The notes under the pieces were generated by a model. The model was not told where the DNA came from. It was given only the letters and a program-made list of their open reading frames with translations, and did not search any database. From NCBI GenBank assembly GCA_964397255.1, contig CAYNHQ010000001.1, forward strand, positions 275,849 through 339,848: a stretch of DNA of 64,000 bases. The letters are read 5' to 3'. Each line of letters opens with the position of its first letter. The stretch's first letter is position 1. This DNA comes from an uncultured bacterium. Lineage in GTDB: Bacteria > Bdellovibrionota_G > JALEGL01 > DATDPG01. The translations under genes and the position numbers were made by a program. Below are positions 57,974-64,000 of this stretch, one piece after another.

Positions 57974-59056
57974 ATGTCATTAGATGTAAACCGAGAAAAA
58001 GCGATTGATTTAGCGATCACTTCGATTGAAAAGCAATTTGGAAAAGGCTCCATCATGCGATTGGGGGATGACGAGGGTCTTGTAAAAGATGTCCCCGTGA
58101 TCCCGACAGGGTCTCCCAGTTTGGACATTGCATTAGGGGTGGGAGGAATTCCCCGCGGAAGAATCATTGAAATTTTCGGACCCGAATCCAGCGGCAAAAC
58201 CACACTGACACTTCATGTGGTGGGAGAGGCACAGAAACGGGGAGGCGTATGTGCTTTCATCGACGCCGAACATGCGCTCGATGTCGTGTATGCGCGCAAA
58301 CTCGGCGTTCGAACCGATGACCTTCTGATCTCGCAGCCCGATACCGGCGAACAGGCTCTTGAAATTGCCGAAACCTTGGTCCGATCCGGCGCGATCGACG
58401 TCATTGTGATTGATTCCGTAGCGGCACTCACTCCTCGCGCGGAAATCGACGGCGAAATGGGCGATGCGCATATGGGGCTTCAGGCCCGATTGATGTCACA
58501 GGCCCTCCGGAAACTGACCGCGAGTATTTCGAAATCGCTTACGACCGTCATTTTCATCAACCAGATCCGCATGAAGATCGGTGTCATGTTTGGAAACCCG
58601 GAAACTACAACCGGTGGCAATGCGCTTAAATTTTACTCTTCCATTCGCCTGGATATTCGGCGAGTGGGAGCTATTAAAAATGGCGAGGATGTGGTCGGTT
58701 CGCGCACGACGGTAAAGGTAGTGAAAAATAAAGTCGCTTCACCCTTTAAAAAAGCGGAATTCGACATTCTTTATGGCGAGGGAATTTCCCGAATTAACGA
58801 TCTTCTCGAAGTGGGAGCCGCACGGAACATCATTGAAAAAACAGGAAGCTGGTACTCGTACAAAGGAGAACGATTGGGGCAGGGAACCGACAATGCCCGC
58901 GTGTTTTTAAAAGAGCACCCTGAACTTCTGACGGCGATTGAAAACGAAGTATATACTTCCGCCGGATTGCCCTCTCCAGGAGTGGCGAAGGGAGCCGCAA
59001 CCAAGGCCCCGGAGCCCGAAACGGAAAAGACGAAAAAGGGAAATGGGAAAAAATAA
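57974..59056 (+). CDS. recA: Recombinase RecA
   Basis: [10 protein letters not shown] Walker A, canonical RecA core; 360 aa. Confidence 0.97.
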   Translation: MSLDVNREKAIDLAITSIEKQFGKGSIMRLGDDEGLVKDVPVIPTGSPSLDIALGVGGIPRGRIIEIFGPESSGKTTLTLHVVGEAQKRGGVCAFIDAEHALDVVYARKLGVRTDDLLISQPDTGEQALEIAETLVRSGAIDVIVIDSVAALTPRAEIDGEMGDAHMGLQARLMSQALRKLTASISKSLTTVIFINQIRMKIGVMFGNPETTTGGNALKFYSSIRLDIRRVGAIKNGEDVVGSRTTVKVVKNKVASPFKKAEFDILYGEGISRINDLLEVGAARNIIEKTGSWYSYKGERLGQGTDNARVFLKEHPELLTAIENEVYTSAGLPSPGVAKGAATKAPEPETEKTKKGNGKK

Positions 59057-59065
59057 AGGGAGCGC

Positions 59066-60217
59066 ATGGAACTCAACGACCTTCTGAAAGTCGCAGTTCA
59101 GGGAAACGCATCCGATATACATTTAAAGGCGGGATTGCCGCCGATGTTCCGAATCGACGGCTCTTTGGTTCCGCTCAAAGATGCCCGCCGATTCGCGCCG
59201 GAGGATGTCAGCAAGATCGCCTTTGGGATCATGAGTGCGTTTCAAAAGGAGAAATTCAAGGAGTACAACGAAATTGATATGGCCTACGGCGTTCCGGGCG
59301 TGGGACGCTTCCGCGTGAATTGTTTCTTGCAGCGGGGGACGATCGGCATCGTGTTTCGCGTCATTCCGTTTAAGATTCAAACGCTCGATGATCTCTATCT
59401 TCCCAAGGTCATCGAAAAAGTCGCGATGGAGTCGCGTGGCTTGATCCTCGTTACAGGGACGACGGGTTCCGGAAAATCGACCACCTTGGCCGCGATGATC
59501 GATTACATCAACTCCCGCCGGACGGCGCACATCTTAACGATTGAAGATCCGATCGAATTTCTGATTCGTGATAAGCGATGCATCATCAATCAGCGCGAAA
59601 TTGGTGTGGATACGATTTCGTTTCAGCAGGCCCTTCGCTCGGCCCTTCGTCAGGATCCCGATGTCATTTTGGTGGGTGAAATGAGAGATCTCGAAACGAT
59701 CGAAACCGCGCTTCAGGCAGCCGAAACCGGTCATTTGGTCATGTCGACCGTACACACGATTGATGCGACGGAAACGGTCACCCGAATTATTTCAGCTTTT
59801 CCTCCCTATCAACAAAAGCAAGTCCGATTGCAGCTCGCCGCTGTCGTGAAGGGAGTCATTTCGCAGCGTTTGGTCCCGCGTGTAGATGGAAAAGGGCGTG
59901 TACCTGCATGCGAAATTTTGGTTACTACCAGTCGCGTGCGCGAGCTGATTGAGAATGAGGATCGGACGAAGGAAATTCGCGATGCCATTCAACAGGGTTT
60001 TACATCCTATGGAATGCAGACCTTTGACCAATCTCTGCTCAATCTTCTCAACAAAAAGCTTATTAGTTATGAAGAGGCGCTTCGTCAGTCGACCAATCCG
60101 GATGATTTTGCCCTCCGTGTAAAAGGAATTTCGGGCACTTCGGACACCTCCTGGGATGATTTTGACAAGGGTGGGGGTGGCTCCGGTTCCGGCGGAATGA
60201 AGATCGAACGATTCTAG
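59066..60217 (+). CDS. pilT: Type IV pilus retraction ATPase PilT with a Gly-rich C-terminal tail
   Basis: N-terminus ASDIHLKAGLPPMFRIDG, Walker A GTTGSGKST, Asp box, His box; ~35-aa tail GGGGSGSGG beyond the usual end. Confidence 0.8.
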   Translation: MELNDLLKVAVQGNASDIHLKAGLPPMFRIDGSLVPLKDARRFAPEDVSKIAFGIMSAFQKEKFKEYNEIDMAYGVPGVGRFRVNCFLQRGTIGIVFRVIPFKIQTLDDLYLPKVIEKVAMESRGLILVTGTTGSGKSTTLAAMIDYINSRRTAHILTIEDPIEFLIRDKRCIINQREIGVDTISFQQALRSALRQDPDVILVGEMRDLETIETALQAAETGHLVMSTVHTIDATETVTRIISAFPPYQQKQVRLQLAAVVKGVISQRLVPRVDGKGRVPACEILVTTSRVRELIENEDRTKEIRDAIQQGFTSYGMQTFDQSLLNLLNKKLISYEEALRQSTNPDDFALRVKGISGTSDTSWDDFDKGGGGSGSGGMKIERF

Positions 60218-60275
60218 TTGAACTTTCCCCAAGATTTGCGATATAACGCGACTAGACAACCACCGAGGGGGAAGG

Positions 60276-61031
60276 TTGCGAGGGAAGGGGTTTCTTTCAG
60301 TAATATTAGTTTTTGTTCTTGGTTCAATGCCTGCCACAGGTCTGCTCGCGGAACCCGATGACCCCCAGCCTGAAGTAGTCCCCAGTACGCCGGAAGTGGT
60401 ACCGGAAATTCCACCGGTTGTGATTCCCCCGTACATGCCGCCTCGTAAGGAAAAAAAATATATTAATCGTGAAATGCTTGAGAATACCGGGGTAGTAGTC
60501 CTGATAACAGGCCTGAGCGTCGCCATTGTCAGAGGTTTGACGTATCTTATGAAAGGGGGAACAGTCTTGGCTCTCGCCGCACCGATTCCCATCATGGCTG
60601 ACGATCTCTCGGGTGGGTATTTGCCTCCAATCGCTTGCCATACCGACGATCGTTTAGTTGTCCAACACGTTCTCGAAAAATATCCAAGGCTCGAATCGCG
60701 CTTCAACAGATATACGAAACTTGTCGACCGTCTCCGATTTGAAACCTCAACCGGAAACCGAAGAGATTCCGGTTATGTGGAACTCGCCGTTTTAGAGGAT
60801 TTTCTCCTCCATGAAGATCGAAGTTGGCTTCGGCAGGCCGCTCGCGATCGTATCGAGGGGCTCACTTCGAACGACCACGGATATCTCTATGCACTCGATG
60901 AAATATCAAGTCGAGAGGTTCGGAATGAAAGTCTTGCGCCTTACAATTACCAGGTCGCTGATTTTATTCTCTCTCGTGGGGCACAAATGTGCCACGAATA
61001 CAATCTTGATCGTGGAGACATAGGCGGTTAG
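60276..61031 (+). CDS. Hypothetical secreted/membrane protein with a Pro-rich N-terminal region
   Basis: Signal-like LSVILVFVLGSMPATGLLA; PEVVPSTPEVVPEIPPVVIPPYMPP; one TM segment. Confidence 0.35.
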   Translation: MRGKGFLSVILVFVLGSMPATGLLAEPDDPQPEVVPSTPEVVPEIPPVVIPPYMPPRKEKKYINREMLENTGVVVLITGLSVAIVRGLTYLMKGGTVLALAAPIPIMADDLSGGYLPPIACHTDDRLVVQHVLEKYPRLESRFNRYTKLVDRLRFETSTGNRRDSGYVELAVLEDFLLHEDRSWLRQAARDRIEGLTSNDHGYLYALDEISSREVRNESLAPYNYQVADFILSRGAQMCHEYNLDRGDIGG

Positions 61032-61043
61032 TCTCGCCCCATC

Positions 61044-63689
61044 ATGGGGCGTACATTAACTTCCGGTGAAATTCGGGAGAAATTCTTAAAATTCTTCGAG
61101 AAAAATGGCCATCAGCGTGTGGCAAGCTCACCCTTGGTCCCGCGATTGGATCCTACACTTCTTTTCGCAAATGCCGGGATGAACCAATTTAAAGGGGTTT
61201 TTACCGGAGAAGAAAAACGCAAATACAAGAGGGCTACGTCTTCGCAAAAATGCGTTCGTGCGGGCGGCAAACATAACGATCTTGAAAATGTCGGCCGTAC
61301 GGCCCGACACCACACTTTTTTTGAAATGCTCGGAAATTTTTCCTTCGGCGACTATTTCAAGAAAGAGGCCATTGGCTTTGCCTGGGAATTTGTAACTAAA
61401 GAACTCAAGCTCCCAAAAGATAAACTTTATGTCTCCATCTTTCGTGAAGACGAAGATGCTTTTGAGATTTGGAATAAGAAAATCGGTATCGATGCCAAAC
61501 GGATCTATCGCTTTGGAGAGAGAGATAATTTTTGGTCTATGGGAGAGGTGGGTCCCTGCGGTCCCTGTTCTGAAATTTTCTATGATCAAGGGAAAGAAGC
61601 GGGTTGTGGAAAACCTGATTGCGACGTGGGCTGTTCCTGCGACCGTTATCTCGAGTTTTGGAATCTCGTTTTTATGGAGTTCGAGCAGAAGGCGGATGGC
61701 ACAAGAGTAAAACTGCCCAAACCTTCGATTGATACGGGTTCCGGCCTCGAGCGGCTGGCCGCCATTGTTCAAGGGGTGAAAAGTAATTATGACACCGATT
61801 TGTTTCAACCCCTTTTGACCACGATCGCCGGACGGACCGGTAAAGAATATTCGAAGGAAGATGAAGAAACGCGTATCTCAATGCGAGTCATGGCGGATCA
61901 CATTCGGGCGATCACGTTTCTCATTGGCGACGGGGCTCGTCCGTCGAATGAAGGAAGGGGATATGTCCTCCGACGTATTGTTCGCCGGGCCATGCGCCAC
62001 GCGTGGAAACTTGGAATCACCAAGCCCTACCTTCATCAGCTGTCCCATGAAGTGGTGGAACTGATGGGAAAGGCCTATCCCGAATTACAGACGAATGGCC
62101 CATCTACCGCCGAAATCATTTGTGCGGAAGAGGAAAAATTCCATGGAACCCTGGACCGGGGACTTGCGATTTTGTCTGAAGAAATGACGAAGCTCCTGGC
62201 GTCAGGGAAAAATACATTTCCAGGAGACATTGCCTTTCGTCTTTATGAAACATTTGGGTTTCCTGCGGACATGACAGCGGACATTCTTTCCGAAAAGAAA
62301 ATTGTAATCGACCAAGCGGCATTTGAGGAAGCTTCGGCCGCGCACCGAGAAAAAGCCCGAGGAAGTTGGAAAGGTTCTGCCCAAAAAGCCATTGATTCGC
62401 TCGCGAGGGGCTGGGTGGCCAAGGGATTTCGATCCGAATTTCTCGGGTATCAAACGATCGCCTCCCCCGGCGTGATCAAACATTTGGTTCGAGACGGAAA
62501 AGAAGTGAACCAAGCCAAAATGGGGGAAGAAGTAGAGCTCGTGGCAGACCGAACATCATTTTACGGTGAATCGGGCGGCCAGGTGGGCGATATTGGATCG
62601 ATTACGGGCGATGGATTTTCAATCGAAGTCATCGACACGCAAAAGCCCGTACCCGACATTATTGTTCACCGGGGACATGTCACGGAAGGTTTCATTTCAA
62701 CAGGGGCAAAGGGGGAATTCAATGTCGATTCCGAAGCCCGATCCGCGACCGCCAAAAATCATACGGCCACTCACATGCTTCATGCCACGCTTAAGGAGAT
62801 ACTTGGGAGCCATGTCAAACAGGAGGGATCGCTTGTTTCGCCCGAGCGACTCCGTTTTGATTTCTCACACCCCGCGGCGCTCACTCCTGCTCAAATCAGC
62901 GCCATCGAACAGAAAATGAACGAAAGGATTTGGCTCGATTCGAAGGTGAAAAAGGAAATTCTTCCTCTCGAAACGGCACTAAAGTCGGGAGCAGTGGCCC
63001 TCTTTGACGAAAAATACGGCCAACAGGTTCGTGTTCTAACCATCGACGAATACTCCAAAGAGCTTTGCGGAGGCACGCACCTTGATCGAACCGGCGAAAT
63101 TGGTCTTTTTAAAATCATTCGGGAGAGTTCTGTCTCGGCGGGTGTTCGAAGAATCGATGCGTTTACGGGATACCGGGCGCTTCATTATTTACAAGAAGGA
63201 GAATCAAAGTTGCGTGAACTGAGTTCTCTTTTAGGTACTTCCACAGAGGAATTAGGTACGCGAGTCGATAAACTTCTTGCGCGTCAAAAAGAATTGGAGA
63301 AAGAAATAAAAAAATTAAAGAGCCAACCGGGTGGAAATGGTTCGGCGAATCAAAAAATTGAAACGCTTAATGGAATTTTCTTCCTTACTTCCGAAATTGA
63401 ATCAGAAGATCCTCGTGAATTGCGTGAAATGGCGGATCGGCAATTGGAGAAATTGAAAAGTGGAATTGTCGTCATTGGAGCCAAAAGCGCTCAAAAAGCC
63501 TCGCTGGTGGTTAAGATTTCGCGCGATCTCACACCTAAATTTGAAGCGAACAAGATGGTGTCCGCCGCAGCGAAGGTGTTAGGTGGATCGGGTGGGGGTC
63601 GCCCGGACATGGCTCAAGCCGGCGGGCCGAATGTGGACGCCCTCCAAGCCGCCTTCGAAAACATACGAAAAAGCGTTACATCGATTTGA
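61044..63689 (+). CDS. alaS: Alanine--tRNA ligase
   Basis: Class II core, editing domain HTATHMLH, C-terminal DHHA1-like domain; 881 aa. Confidence 0.97.
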   Translation: MGRTLTSGEIREKFLKFFEKNGHQRVASSPLVPRLDPTLLFANAGMNQFKGVFTGEEKRKYKRATSSQKCVRAGGKHNDLENVGRTARHHTFFEMLGNFSFGDYFKKEAIGFAWEFVTKELKLPKDKLYVSIFREDEDAFEIWNKKIGIDAKRIYRFGERDNFWSMGEVGPCGPCSEIFYDQGKEAGCGKPDCDVGCSCDRYLEFWNLVFMEFEQKADGTRVKLPKPSIDTGSGLERLAAIVQGVKSNYDTDLFQPLLTTIAGRTGKEYSKEDEETRISMRVMADHIRAITFLIGDGARPSNEGRGYVLRRIVRRAMRHAWKLGITKPYLHQLSHEVVELMGKAYPELQTNGPSTAEIICAEEEKFHGTLDRGLAILSEEMTKLLASGKNTFPGDIAFRLYETFGFPADMTADILSEKKIVIDQAAFEEASAAHREKARGSWKGSAQKAIDSLARGWVAKGFRSEFLGYQTIASPGVIKHLVRDGKEVNQAKMGEEVELVADRTSFYGESGGQVGDIGSITGDGFSIEVIDTQKPVPDIIVHRGHVTEGFISTGAKGEFNVDSEARSATAKNHTATHMLHATLKEILGSHVKQEGSLVSPERLRFDFSHPAALTPAQISAIEQKMNERIWLDSKVKKEILPLETALKSGAVALFDEKYGQQVRVLTIDEYSKELCGGTHLDRTGEIGLFKIIRESSVSAGVRRIDAFTGYRALHYLQEGESKLRELSSLLGTSTEELGTRVDKLLARQKELEKEIKKLKSQPGGNGSANQKIETLNGIFFLTSEIESEDPRELREMADRQLEKLKSGIVVIGAKSAQKASLVVKISRDLTPKFEANKMVSAAAKVLGGSGGGRPDMAQAGGPNVDALQAAFENIRKSVTSI

Positions 63690-64000
63690 TCTTGGCAAGA
63701 AGATCCTTCGCCTCGGCCTGATACTTTCCCGCACTTGTATCACCGGCAAGAGCGCTGAGGACTTTTTTGGCCTGTTCCAAATCCTTTAATTTATAGTAAG
63801 CAAATCCAAGCTTATATGTGGCTTCCGAACGAAGATCGCCGAAATCGGGGTTTGCCCTCACGGTTTCCAGGCGGAGTAACGCGGCCTGATAGTCGCTTTG
63901 TCGTAAATAAAAATTAGCCACATAAAGCTCGCGTTCCGCCAACATCCTTTTGCACTCAGCCATTTTTTTCTGCGCCTCTTGCACCTGGGGGGCATTCGGA
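63676..64000 (-). CDS. TPR-type outer-membrane assembly lipoprotein, BamD-like; 3' portion only (gene start lies beyond window end)
   Basis: C-terminal TPR helices YVANFYLRQSDYQAAL...YKLGFAYYKL; reading frame open to position 64000. Confidence 0.35.
   Translation of the reverse strand, partial: PNAPQVQEAQKKMAECKRMLAERELYVANFYLRQSDYQAALLRLETVRANPDFGDLRSEATYKLGFAYYKLKDLEQAKKVLSALAGDTSAGKYQAEAKDLLAKIKSM

Noticed and set aside
1-64000. CRISPR arrays, rRNA and tRNA genes
   Set aside because: No regularly spaced direct repeats and no rRNA-like or cloverleaf-like conserved segments were seen in intergenic regions on visual inspection. A tRNA scan would be needed to exclude short tRNAs.

Overview
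The window is a 64-kb chromosomal segment of a diderm (Gram-negative-type) bacterium. The organism is probably uncultivated or from a deep-branching lineage; GC content is about 50-55% and several proteins are highly divergent. It is mostly housekeeping core. The core genes are: a 5'-truncated sigma-54 activator, a purD-like ATP-grasp gene, ATP-type PEP carboxykinase, the hemW-hrcA-grpE-dnaK heat-shock operon, a tandem M16 peptidase, anmK, rsmE, rnj (RNase J), ftsK-lolA, rimO, mltG-ruvX, pgpA-cinA-recA, pilT and alaS. There are also envelope genes: TolC-like, a CDP-alcohol phosphatidyltransferase, MlaC-like, an AlkP-type phosphodiesterase, an LpoA-like lipoprotein, GT39-type and YfhO-type membrane glycosyltransferases, and a BamD-like fragment at the window end. 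I detected no rRNA, tRNA or CRISPR array by eye. Seven features stand out. (1) A 1615-aa ClpA/ClpB-family double-AAA+ protein has a ~430-aa N-terminal extension that begins with a hydrophobic anchor and a ~400-aa Gly-rich C-terminal extension; this architecture does not match the usual Clp ATPases. (2) An imperfect ~70-bp palindromic element occurs three times within 2 kb at gene 3' ends and supplies terminal codons on either strand; it sits next to a frameshifted beta-propeller-repeat lipoprotein gene and a ~700-bp stretch without convincing genes. (3) A ~700-bp islet flanked by ~35-bp direct repeats carries a truncated toxin-like ORF and an HTH antitoxin-like gene. (4) A two-operon cluster of five signalling genes (three Rcp1-like receivers, REC-GGDEF-EAL, PAS histidine kinase, CheY-like REC) shares a TGAAATG/CATTTCA palindrome in both upstream regions. 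(5) A block of TTAATATTAA palindromes lies upstream of pgpA-cinA-recA. (6) Two peptide-type ABC ATPase genes with no permease or binding protein are translationally coupled to rnj. (7) No CIRCE element is visible for the hrcA operon.
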